26,284 nucleotides of DNA from a virus (IMGVR_UViG_3300037470_000610:1-26284), one strand, 5' to 3'. Shown: positions 17,094 to 25,392, counted from the first letter of the stretch. Translations and numbers: made by a program. The notes: generated by a model from the sequence alone, not told the origin.

Positions 17094-18065
17094 TTACGAT
17101 CCGGCGGGCACGAGCACGGCAATCGGGTAGCGGTTCGCCTCCGTCCCTTGCAGGCGATTCACCGGGTTCGGGACCTGCCAAGCGATTCGCATGACAGCCC
17201 GAATCCCCGTCATGTCCTGCTGGAAAAAGTTGTGAATGATTTCCCCCGTGGACGGGTCCTGGATGACCGCCTGATTGGCGAACTCCCAAGTGATATCCTG
17301 GCGGAAACACCACACAACCTGCGACCAATCGCCCGCGAGCATGAGTACCTCGCTGGCGTCAACCGACCCGTTGCGCGGGAAAACGATCGGGTTCCCGTCC
17401 AAAATGTATTTGGTCGGGTCCTGCATGTTCGGGAGGAAAACGGGCTGCCCGTCCGATCCTCGCAGCCCTCGCAGCCTGGATCGCAGCGCCATTGCGCCAA
17501 TCGCTCCCGTGACCTGATACCCGTCCTCCTCAACTTTGGAGAAAACCCCGCCCTCGCCGAGAATCTCATCGTACAGGTCGGTTCCGCTACCGAGGGAGCC
17601 AACTACCACCTCGTTGCCAGCGGACTGCGCGGCGGTGACGATTTCGGTTGGCCAGGCCACGGGCGCGTTCGTGCCGAAAAACACCGCCGCGTCGAACGCC
17701 AACCCCATCGCTTCGGTCAACGACTCGCGAACCAGCGGCCAGAAATCGCCTTCGGCGTCCTCCAGTACCTCATTGTGTACCGGGACAATCGCGGCAAGCT
17801 CCTCGGCGACCAGAAACTTGTTCTCCCATGCGACTTTGGTCGTCTGTTTCCAGCGATCCGCGCCTGCCTCGCCAGCGACGAAATAGGCGCTCGCGAGTTG
17901 ATCCAAAACTCGCATTCGCTGCTGTTTCCGGCTCATGTTCGGCAACTGCCGGGCGATCTGCTGGACGGCGGAACGCTCTACCATCCCCTTGAAAATCTCC
18001 GCCGTCACCTCCTCTGGGATGAGCGGGCCGGCCTCGGTCCGAGTCACAACGTCATTGTAGGGCAT
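17094..18065 (-). CDS. Major capsid protein (HK97 fold; 323 aa)
   Basis: LIPEEVTAEIF, AEELAAIVPV, AFDAAVFFGT, LAGDWSQ and FQQDMTGIRAVMR motifs. GGAGG RBS. Confidence 0.95.
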   Translation of the reverse strand: MPYNDVVTRTEAGPLIPEEVTAEIFKGMVERSAVQQIARQLPNMSRKQQRMRVLDQLASAYFVAGEAGADRWKQTTKVAWENKFLVAEELAAIVPVHNEVLEDAEGDFWPLVRESLTEAMGLAFDAAVFFGTNAPVAWPTEIVTAAQSAGNEVVVGSLGSGTDLYDEILGEGGVFSKVEEDGYQVTGAIGAMALRSRLRGLRGSDGQPVFLPNMQDPTKYILDGNPIVFPRNGSVDASEVLMLAGDWSQVVWCFRQDITWEFANQAVIQDPSTGEIIHNFFQQDMTGIRAVMRIAWQVPNPVNRLQGTEANRYPIAVLVPAGS

Positions 18066-18113
18066 TACGTCCTCCGCATGGGGCAGGACGCTCGCCGTTC
18101 CGCAGGACTGCGC

Positions 18114-18713
18114 CTAGCGCCTCCCCTGCTTCGATGCGCGCGCCGCTGCTCTGAAAGCATCGGACACCCCCGTTTGACTGCTCCCCCCGGCGCTGCGTTC
18201 GCCACCGTCCGCCGATCCCCTGGGCCGAAACAAAACCGGATATTTCTCGCGTACGAACTTCACCGCCTCGGCCGCGTCGCCTTCGTCGTCTGGCGCTAGT
18301 CGAGCAACGGCCTCAGCATCCTGTGCCCCAGCCGCCGCCGCCGCGCTTTTCAACTCGGCAACCCGCAAGGCTGATTTGGTCTCGTCGCGCTCTTTCTCCA
18401 GGTCCTGAATCCGTTTGGTGGCGCGTTCCGATTCGGAGAGTTTGGCGTTTTCGTGCTCCTGGAGTTTGCCCTGCACGTCCCGCAGTTGAGTGCGGTAATT
18501 CGCAGATTCACGCCGGAGTTTGGCGATTTCCTGATCTCTTGGATCGTCGGATTTGCCATTGTCACCCGAATCGGTTTTGCCGTTGTCGCCGGAGGACGCA
18601 TCATTAGAGGCGTCCCGGGTCTTCTTCTCGGCGTCGGATTTCGAGTTTGCCCCGGAGTCCTGCCCCTGCGAGCCGGACGGGTCCTGCCCGTCCTTCGTCG
18701 GATCGTCTGCCAC
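18114..18713 (-). CDS. Capsid scaffolding protein (~199 aa)
   Basis: Disordered acidic N-terminus, then EIAKLRRESANYRT..KLSESER coiled coil and KYPVLF. GTG start at 18713 with GGAG upstream. Lies directly before MCP. Confidence 0.85.
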   Translation of the reverse strand: MADDPTKDGQDPSGSQGQDSGANSKSDAEKKTRDASNDASSGDNGKTDSGDNGKSDDPRDQEIAKLRRESANYRTQLRDVQGKLQEHENAKLSESERATKRIQDLEKERDETKSALRVAELKSAAAAAGAQDAEAVARLAPDDEGDAAEAVKFVREKYPVLFRPRGSADGGERSAGGSSQTGVSDAFRAAARASKQGRR

Positions 18714-18781
18714 GATTCCACTCCAAACCTGACTCCGCATGAGCGCAGAGTCAGGAGATTGTATCATGGTTTCTGCGAGTG

Positions 18782-19903
18782 TCAAGCCTCCCCGAGAAAC
18801 GCACTCTCCGGCACGCCCCACGAACCGCGAGGCGGAACGCGACGGCCTGCCTGAAACGCGGTCACACTGCGAGCATACCGCGTTTCGCCCCATGCTCTCG
18901 TTTTCCGGTATCCGACGAAATCACGAAGCTTCATTTCGCCGGATTGGTACGCCTCTAGCCCGCGAGCGCCAAGGATTCTGTGCTGCACCGACTCCGGCTG
19001 CGCCGCGAGCCAGTCCGCGCCTGTGGGCAAAGGACTCCGCGCATCCGGTGCGTCGGAGAATCCCAAATCGCGCCACGATTTCGGTATCGGAATCATCGTA
19101 CAACGGCAGGCAGGATGCGAGCCGAACACCGTGCCGATTGGGAAAACCTGTCCGTCCAGCGCCAGGCACGCGGAGCAGGTCCGATCACTCAACGCGGCCG
19201 ACCAACGCCAGCCGTCCAGCACGTCAGCATTCGCCCCGAACGACGCATCGGACGCCTGGCGGTGCGAGCGCATCATCTCTGTACGAGCAATCAGCAGCGA
19301 TTTCGACAGCCCCGTTCCCAGAGTGCGGGTTAGCGCCTGGGCAACCTCGCGCGGCCCCAGCCCTCGCACCAGCCCTGCTACTAACTCCACGCCGGCAGAG
19401 TCCACCGTCGCCGCGCCGTGACGGAGGAGCACTCTGCGGAGCGGGGAGCCGTCGCCGAGGAACCCGATCTGCGACTCCAGCGCCTCCAGGTCGGGAGCCG
19501 CGAACGTGGACATGATGCGCGCGGCCCCGCCTGGCGGTCCTCCCTGCCGCAGTTGCCTGCTCGTCAACTCCTGCGCCGCCTCCAGCGCGTCCCGTAGAGC
19601 CGACGATTGCAGCCCCCGAATCTCTACCTCGGCAATCGCGTTGAATCGCTGAATCTCGCGGAGCGACTCTCTCCGCAGGATTTGGTAACGCTCCTGGCGG
19701 TACAGCCAGGACGGCGAAAACTCCAGCCCCTCGGCACGTCGGGCAGCTATTCTGGCGACAATCGCATCTAAATCACGTTGCGCTCGCTGGTGAACCTGGG
19801 CGTACGACTCCACCATGCGGCGGGCGGCGGCTGCGTCTCTCGCGATTAGCGCCTGGCGGAATCGACGTTCAGCGACCTGGATTTCAGACGTTGCCACGGT
19901 CAA
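18782..19903 (-). CDS. Minor head morphogenesis protein (MuF / SPP1 gp7 family; 373 aa)
   Basis: IARTEMMR, WRWSAALSDRTCSACLALDG and HPACRCTMIP motifs. Confidence 0.92.
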   Translation of the reverse strand: MTVATSEIQVAERRFRQALIARDAAAARRMVESYAQVHQRAQRDLDAIVARIAARRAEGLEFSPSWLYRQERYQILRRESLREIQRFNAIAEVEIRGLQSSALRDALEAAQELTSRQLRQGGPPGGAARIMSTFAAPDLEALESQIGFLGDGSPLRRVLLRHGAATVDSAGVELVAGLVRGLGPREVAQALTRTLGTGLSKSLLIARTEMMRSHRQASDASFGANADVLDGWRWSAALSDRTCSACLALDGQVFPIGTVFGSHPACRCTMIPIPKSWRDLGFSDAPDARSPLPTGADWLAAQPESVQHRILGARGLEAYQSGEMKLRDFVGYRKTRAWGETRYARSVTAFQAGRRVPPRGSWGVPESAFLGEA

Positions 19904-21296
19904 AACTCGCCAGGGCTGCCTCGCCTAGACTCCGAGACTCCTCTAACGATTCCTCGAAAATCCGTTCCGCCTGCGTCTCGCTGTAGCCCATTTCGCGCAG
20001 AAGCTGTTTCTGCGAAACCCCGATTCGCTTCTTGATTTCGAGCGTCTCCATCCGCGACTTCTCGGTAACGGGAGCCGGGTCCGACCAAGCGGGTACGACG
20101 CGCGGGAAGTCGGTACGGCCTGTTTCAATCCGTCCGGCGAACTGGAGTACCTCCTCCCACGTCTCGCCGAACGCTTCCTGACGATTCCGAATCTTTTTCT
20201 CGAATCGCGACTCCAGCGTTTTGAGCGCCTCGCCGGAAGGGGGGTCGTTCGCCAACAACATGTAATGCAGAGGCGTCCCTGATACGCGCGCGATTTCTAT
20301 GCGGAACGATTCATGGACAGAGAGGAACTGTGGCAGGTCCGCTGCTGAAAACTCCCCGAACTTCGCTGCCTCACTGGCAGCGTGATAGAATCGCTCCTGC
20401 CCGGTTTTGAACGGCGCTTTCTCGTTCCCCTCCTCGTCAACCTCGATTTGAATACCGGTCGCCCAACGCGCGGGGAGTGAGGCGAACTCCATCGCAACCA
20501 GCATATCTGCCAACGCTTTGTTCAGCGCATTTTGTAGCGGCAGTACAACCTCAAGTTCCGAGACACCCACCGCCCCAACAGAGGAGTTGTTTGCGAAATG
20601 GAATACGGGAACGATTCCATACGGATTGACGATAACCGAGTCAGGCTCGCCGTCAACCTGAAACGGCTTGAACGCCCCTCCGTTGTCTGGAAACTGTGCA
20701 GACTCAGTGGCAGCCGTCACGTACTTCCTGATTTCGTCAGGATAGTACAAGTTCATACGGTAAACGTAAGTTGAACTCTTCCCTCTCCGCACTCGGATAC
20801 ACCAGATTTTCGCAGCCCAACGAAACTGCCCCGGCGTTTCCGAATCGTACTCTGGTACGATCCACTCTGACGATTGCGGGTAGATCGAAGCCTGGCGCGG
20901 GTCGTCACGCGACGGCCAAACAATCACATACGAATCGCCGGCGAGCAAACCTTCTTTGTGTACCTCATCGGAGCGCCGATCCATCCGATTGCGAGTCCAA
21001 ATCGTGCGAACCTGTTGAACGTCTCTGTCCTGGAGGAGCTTCTCTTCATCTTCTTCGTCGGGAGTGTGAAACCGGATAATGGACATGCGATCTGCCATTG
21101 TATCAACGACCAAAGCGCAGAGATTGTCCGACAGTTTCTGGAACAGCCGACGGAACTCCGCCTCGAATTGGCGACTCGTGAAGAGAAGCTCATGTTTTCC
21201 GTAGTAGTACTCACGGAATCGACGATAAACCGGGAACCGCTCGCGTAGGACCTCTAACGCTGTACTCTTGTCCTGCTCTGGTGTCGTAATCGCCAT
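19884..21296 (-). CDS. Portal protein (SPP1 gp6-like; 470 aa)
   Basis: YYYGKH, NLCALVVD, NPYGIVPVFHFAN, GVSEL and PSGEALK motifs. Directly follows terL. Confidence 0.94.
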   Translation of the reverse strand: MAITTPEQDKSTALEVLRERFPVYRRFREYYYGKHELLFTSRQFEAEFRRLFQKLSDNLCALVVDTMADRMSIIRFHTPDEEDEEKLLQDRDVQQVRTIWTRNRMDRRSDEVHKEGLLAGDSYVIVWPSRDDPRQASIYPQSSEWIVPEYDSETPGQFRWAAKIWCIRVRRGKSSTYVYRMNLYYPDEIRKYVTAATESAQFPDNGGAFKPFQVDGEPDSVIVNPYGIVPVFHFANNSSVGAVGVSELEVVLPLQNALNKALADMLVAMEFASLPARWATGIQIEVDEEGNEKAPFKTGQERFYHAASEAAKFGEFSAADLPQFLSVHESFRIEIARVSGTPLHYMLLANDPPSGEALKTLESRFEKKIRNRQEAFGETWEEVLQFAGRIETGRTDFPRVVPAWSDPAPVTEKSRMETLEIKKRIGVSQKQLLREMGYSETQAERIFEESLEESRSLGEAALASFDRGNV

Positions 21297-22936
21297 TAGT
21301 AAGCCCTAAACGCTTTTCGATCCGCCGTAGACCCCGCCGCTCGCGCGAACGTCAGGCAGAGCGCGTCCGCCCGGTCGGGCGAGCGTCCGCCTAGTGTTGC
21401 TTTCATAGCGTCTTTCGGCGAAACCCGCAATTTCCCCTTCGTGACGCTATAGGACGCGGATTTAAGTTCTTCGATTAGCTCCTCGTCAGGCGGTAGCATC
21501 GCGCCGGAATCCGTGCGTAGCCACTCGCGGACGGCCCACCAGAGGAAGTCGCGCGTAATCCCGAACTCGCCTACATCCTGGAAAACATCCTGCGGAGCAG
21601 ACGCCTGCGGCATGACCCGCTCGACTCCTCGGACGCCCTCCCGTTTCAAAATCGGAACGACGCCCGCGCCAACCCCGTTGGCGTCCACGAAGACCGCCGC
21701 CGCTTTAACGTCCTTGGCAATCTGGGCGCACCGCGTCCCGGTTGTCAGTATATCCGCCTTGTGCCATGCGAGGAATCTGCCAACGAATCCGCCCCACCGA
21801 ATACAGGTAACGCTCGCATCGTTGCCGAGTTCCGCCACGTCCTGCCCGACGAACGGCGAAACGCCCTTCGGCGGAAGCTCCCCGTAAACTGCCACGTAGG
21901 CATCCCAACGACTCCGCGCCATGTTGATTGACGCGGTGGAGATTAGCTGCTGATCGGAAACGGCCGGATACCGACCGAGTACCATGTACGCGAGTTGGGG
22001 GACCGTAATCACTCGTCGCCCCGCAGGCAACGGCGGATAATGATTCCCCGCCGCGCCTTGTTTGGCCGTCGCGCCGACGAGGAACGACGGGACCCGGAAC
22101 GTCTCCCCTGGATCGAAATACTCATCCGCTACAATCGGGCGACTCCACTCATTGACCCGCCGAACGGTCGTCTCTCGCGTCACAGCCCCGGGAATCGCGT
22201 CTGTTCCGGTCCTGACGTTCGGATGCCCAAACGCATTTAACTGCACGACGTTCGCGCTCCCGTCGGCAATCATCCGCGCCAAGAGCCCAGTTTCCTCGCG
22301 CGGATTATAGAGCAGCAGAATGCGAAACAGTCCGCCCGAGATACACGCCTCAATCCCTCGGAAAACCTCATCGGGAACCGCGTCCGCCTCGTCAACGACG
22401 AAGAGCAACTGCGGCGCATGTTTACCACTAAACCGCGCCTCTCTCTCTGCGGATGAACCCGACAATGGAATCGTTACACCGGCGATGTACGATGACGAGT
22501 TGCGCTCAATCAACATTGAATCCGGAAGCACCTTGTCCGACGCGAACAGGTATGGAGTCTCTCGAATTACGCTGCCAATCTCACCCCAAAGCAGGCGTTT
22601 CAGGTTGCCCTCTGGGGACGCCGCCGCCGTGTAGACCTGTGATTTGGGGTAGACGGAATAGAACCAAATCGCTGCACGGGCCGCAGCCCAGGTTTTACCC
22701 ACCGCATTCGCGCTCTGTACAATCGTAATCGGATGCTCCCGGAGTGATTTCAGTACCCGTCGAATCTGCCGCGTCGGTTTCGCGAGGAGCACCTCGCGGA
22801 AGAACCGCGTGGGGTCGTCAACGTACGACGCATAGGGCGACGGAGCGCCTCCGCCGGATGACTCGCGGAGTCGGTCGCGAGCGAACGAAAGAAGCGAATG
22901 CGACAGCGTGTTTGGGGCCGGAGCGAGTAGGCTCAT
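21296..22936 (-). CDS. terL: Terminase large subunit (546 aa)
   Basis: Walker A QSANAVGKT, Walker B FVVDEAD, LLYNP coupling motif, nuclease motifs GQDVAELGND and SPDRADAL. Confidence 0.95.
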   Translation of the reverse strand: MSLLAPAPNTLSHSLLSFARDRLRESSGGGAPSPYASYVDDPTRFFREVLLAKPTRQIRRVLKSLREHPITIVQSANAVGKTWAAARAAIWFYSVYPKSQVYTAAASPEGNLKRLLWGEIGSVIRETPYLFASDKVLPDSMLIERNSSSYIAGVTIPLSGSSAEREARFSGKHAPQLLFVVDEADAVPDEVFRGIEACISGGLFRILLLYNPREETGLLARMIADGSANVVQLNAFGHPNVRTGTDAIPGAVTRETTVRRVNEWSRPIVADEYFDPGETFRVPSFLVGATAKQGAAGNHYPPLPAGRRVITVPQLAYMVLGRYPAVSDQQLISTASINMARSRWDAYVAVYGELPPKGVSPFVGQDVAELGNDASVTCIRWGGFVGRFLAWHKADILTTGTRCAQIAKDVKAAAVFVDANGVGAGVVPILKREGVRGVERVMPQASAPQDVFQDVGEFGITRDFLWWAVREWLRTDSGAMLPPDEELIEELKSASYSVTKGKLRVSPKDAMKATLGGRSPDRADALCLTFARAAGSTADRKAFRAY

Positions 22937-23697
22937 GGGATTGCACGCATCGGCAGTTGCGGCGGCTTGTACTCCACCGTTTGCCGATTAGACGCGGCCA
23001 ATAACCCGTCGATATCCTCGGCGATTGCCGCTTTCGCTTTCTCACTCACCACATGGCGAAACACGCACGCCAGCACAGCCCCGATCAGCCCGAACGCCTG
23101 CTCTGCGGAAATCTGCTGCCCTTCCAACTCCAGGTAACGACGTTCGGAATCGACGAGCCGTTTGCGGTGCTCCTGTGCGACTTCGATTTCGCGCCAAACG
23201 GATTTCTCCCTGACGGCAGACTCTACCTGGGGCAGAAGGCGATCAAACCAGCCCGCCCATTCTACAGAGTCCGCGTCCGAGTCTGCGAGGTTGCGGCCTG
23301 TGCTCACCAATTTCTCCAGTTCCCGGAGAGTGAAACTGTCCAAACACGAAAGTTCCTGGATCGCTCTCTCAACCCGTAAACTGGCAAGCGCAATATCCTC
23401 GCGCAACGATACGTAATCATGCCGCGCCGCCAACTCCTCGAATCTGTCCGCTAGAATCGCGGGCAGCGCCTTTTTGTACCGATAATCGTGACGAATCTCA
23501 CCGCGAGGTGAGCGCCGACGCTGCACTTTTCTGGTGTCGGAATGACTTTGGCACCGACCATCGCTCATTCGCATTCGACTGCGACATGGCTCTCCCGTTG
23601 CGGCGGATTTCGCCCCGCAAATCGGGCGGTCAATTTCATCGAGAGCGTGTATTGGACGGCCAACTTTGTCCGTCCCGTGCCTGGGCTTCGCGCGCAT
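22933..23697 (-). CDS. terS: Putative terminase small subunit with N-terminal C-x10-C-x10-C-x2-H (HGGxSTG-like) motif (254 aa)
   Basis: CGAKSAATGEPC..DGRCQSH followed by a helical region (SLREDIAL). Its stop overlaps the terL start. Confidence 0.72.
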   Translation of the reverse strand: MRAKPRHGTDKVGRPIHALDEIDRPICGAKSAATGEPCRSRMRMSDGRCQSHSDTRKVQRRRSPRGEIRHDYRYKKALPAILADRFEELAARHDYVSLREDIALASLRVERAIQELSCLDSFTLRELEKLVSTGRNLADSDADSVEWAGWFDRLLPQVESAVREKSVWREIEVAQEHRKRLVDSERRYLELEGQQISAEQAFGLIGAVLACVFRHVVSEKAKAAIAEDIDGLLAASNRQTVEYKPPQLPMRAIP

Positions 23698-23739
23698 ACC
23701 CGCATCATATCACACGCCGGCCAGACTGTCCAGCGACCG

Positions 23740-23838
23740 AACTCCGGGAAAACTCCGGGAAAGCTCAAGAAGAACTCCGGGAAAGCTCAAGAAGAACTCC
23801 GGGAAAGCTCAAGAAAAGCTCCGGGACAGCTCCGGGCC
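23740..23838. repeat. Nine tandem 11-bp units (AACTCCGGGAA / AGCTCAAGAAG types)
   Basis: aactccgggaa aactccgggaa agctcaagaag aactccgggaa agctcaagaag aactccgggaa agctcaagaaa agctccgggac agctccgggcc. Confidence 0.95.
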
Positions 23839-23921
23839 GTCGATTTGGTGGGTGCCGCAATTATTGCCATCATTGTGACGTTTTGATTTTCACGTATCGA
23901 CGATTCAGCGACTCCGACGAA

Positions 23922-24380
23922 CCCCTTTACAACCTCTATACGGACTCACCTATTTACGCTCCCGTTGCAATCTTTATATCACTCGATTTCGTTGTTTGAA
24001 GTTTTAGTTCTATAGAGTATATCGCGAATGAGACCCAATATATTGACAAAACAGTAAAAACCGCAGTTGTACAGGGGTATATAGCTGACGATTCTGGCGC
24101 AATTGTGGTGAAAACCGAGGTTGTAAAGGGGGAGTCTCTAGCCGTGCTATTCGTACAGTATCGTTGCTTGATTCCTTCCTGAATATCGTAAGTTGTCCTT
24201 CCTGAATATCGTAAGTTGTCCTTCCTTCCTGAATATCGTGAATCGTTCTTCTTTCCTTCCTGAATATCGTAAGTTGAACAGTACATGAATATATAGAATA
24301 TATGTTTTACTTTACTGTACAAGACTCATGGCCAAACGACCCCCCTTTACAACCTCGGTTGCAACCCCTTTTCCTCTATA
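23922..24380. repeat. Dispersed motif AACCGAGGTTGTAAAGGGG in both orientations, including a perfect 20-bp inverted repeat
   Basis: 24113-24132 is the exact reverse complement of 24341-24360. Further copies lie at 23922-23936 (reverse, 15 bp), 24057-24077 (forward, degenerate) and 24363-24380 (reverse, degenerate). Confidence 0.9.
24173..24276. repeat. Four iteron-like direct repeats TCCTTCCTGAATATCGT(AAGTTG)
   Basis: Copies at 24173-24195, 24196-24218, 24223-24239 (17-bp core only) and 24254-24276. Confidence 0.95.
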
Positions 24381-24498
24381 TCCACCCCCCTACACTCTCC
24401 ATAATAACCTATTCCCGCCGTATCGTCGCCGCGCCTACTCCATGAATCGTCGCCCCAATCCTCTGCTCTCCGAATCCACTAAAACGCAACAAGCCCCA

Positions 24499-24576
24499 AT
24501 CGACGAGAATCGAACTCTTCTACCCTCTCACCACCCGAACCGCCTCTCCTACGTCCACAGAACGATTCTCGTCGAT
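24499..24576. repeat. Perfect 14-bp inverted repeat with a 50-bp spacer
   Basis: atcgacgagaatcg (24499-24512) / cgattctcgtcgat (24563-24576). Confidence 0.88.
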
Positions 24577-24665
24577 CCTACGCTCCTATATCGACACTTT
24601 ACCCGATCCCACAGCCCCAGTTCTGGCGTCAGACCCAGAGAATCTCCTCATTTTGCCTCTCCGCC

Positions 24666-24699
24666 AACAAAAAAGCGCCAATCCCGCAGGATTCGCGCT
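24666..24699 (-). terminator. Rho-independent terminator
   Basis: On the minus strand: AGCGC-G-AATCC-TGCG-GGATT-G-GCGCT hairpin followed by TTTTTGTT. Confidence 0.75.
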
Positions 24700-24813
24700 G
24701 TCTCTTCATCTATTCTGTGAGTTGAACGGTTCGCGTTGTTAGTCGAAATGTATACTACCGCGACCAATCTCGATCAATCTCAATAACCGATATTCGCCAG
24801 TTGTCACGATATT

Positions 24814-24971
24814 TCGGATAGCACTGAGTGTGTTTATACACGTTTTAGACGAGCACTCTAGTAAACTGCCCTCTCATTCATCTAGGATCGTTCTCCTCCA
24901 CGATATACAGAATACAGATACTCTCCTCCCATTTTCAGCCCGCGCCCCTGAACACAATCAGTGCTATCCGA
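24814..24971. repeat. 21-bp inverted repeat (1 mismatch) with a 116-bp spacer
   Basis: tcggatagcactgagtgtgtt (24814-24834) / aacacaatcagtgctatccga (24951-24971). Confidence 0.9.
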
Positions 24972-25155
24972 TTCTGACGCCTACCGCAGACGATTCCTGA
25001 AATGCGTCTTGTCCCGCCCATTCCGTCTGAATATACTCGGTTTCCGCCTTCCACCAGACGATACACGTCAATTCAGCGGCTCGCCTTCATCCTCGGAAAT
25101 CGTTTCCATACCGCTCTCCCCGTCGCCGCCCTCCTCACCAAAAAGCAAGGATTGT

Positions 25156-25392
25156 TCAACAATGTTCAACTTTTACGCTCCCGCAGACCCTCTCGCTTCT
25201 CCCCCCGCCCCACGAATCCTTATAGGCGAATCGTCTGGCGGATCGCTTCGCCCCGTAAGCGTCCACGGCAACGACGGTCTTGTACCAGTTCCGCCCTGTT
25301 TTGAACGGCGGATCGAGGTAGATCAGATCGACTGACTCATCTGGAATGCGCTTCAGGATACGTTTACAGGAGCCATGATGCAGAGTGCTCAT
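25156..25392 (-). pseudogene. N-terminal fragment of a beta-class N6-adenine/N4-cytosine DNA methyltransferase (78 aa)
   Basis: LHHGSC..IPDESVDLIYLDPPF..FAYKDSW matches the start of N6_N4_Mtase proteins. It stops at 78 aa, and I found no continuation (such as FxGxG) in the other two frames downstream. Confidence 0.82.

Noticed and set aside
17013-18299. 428-aa plus-strand ORF and other long plus-strand ORFs (e.g. 154-933, 6440-7222, 18739-19515)
   Set aside because: They are antisense shadows of well-supported minus-strand genes in GC-rich DNA and show no recognisable motifs.
18782-19903. MuF-fused polymorphic toxin
   Set aside because: The protein ends shortly after the MuF domain. There is no toxin extension or immunity gene.
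21296-22936. Intein or intron in terL
   Set aside because: The length is normal, all motifs are in one frame, and no splicing or homing-endonuclease motifs are visible.
23508-23999. Plus-strand ORFs spanning the 11-bp array
   Set aside because: They are translations of the tandem array, overlap terS antisense, and are open in several frames.
24043-24073. Perfect TTGACA as a sigma70 -35 box
   Set aside because: There is no acceptable -10 hexamer at 16-18 bp spacing.
24173-24276. Possible mini-CRISPR array
   Set aside because: The repeats are adjacent or separated by only a few to 14 bp, with no unique spacers of regular length and no cas genes.
23954-24322. 122-aa minus-strand ORF with repeated YDIQEG/RYSGR
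   Set aside because: The peptide repeats simply reflect the 23-bp DNA repeats read in shifting frames. Composition is atypical and there is no clear RBS.
24328-24720. 130-aa plus-strand ORF
   Set aside because: Pro/Ser/Arg-rich low-information sequence opposite to the genome's coding strand, with no RBS. It crosses the minus-strand terminator.
24814-24971. Retron msr-msd (a1/a2 inverted repeats)
   Set aside because: There is no reverse transcriptase nearby and no obvious long msd hairpin between the repeats.
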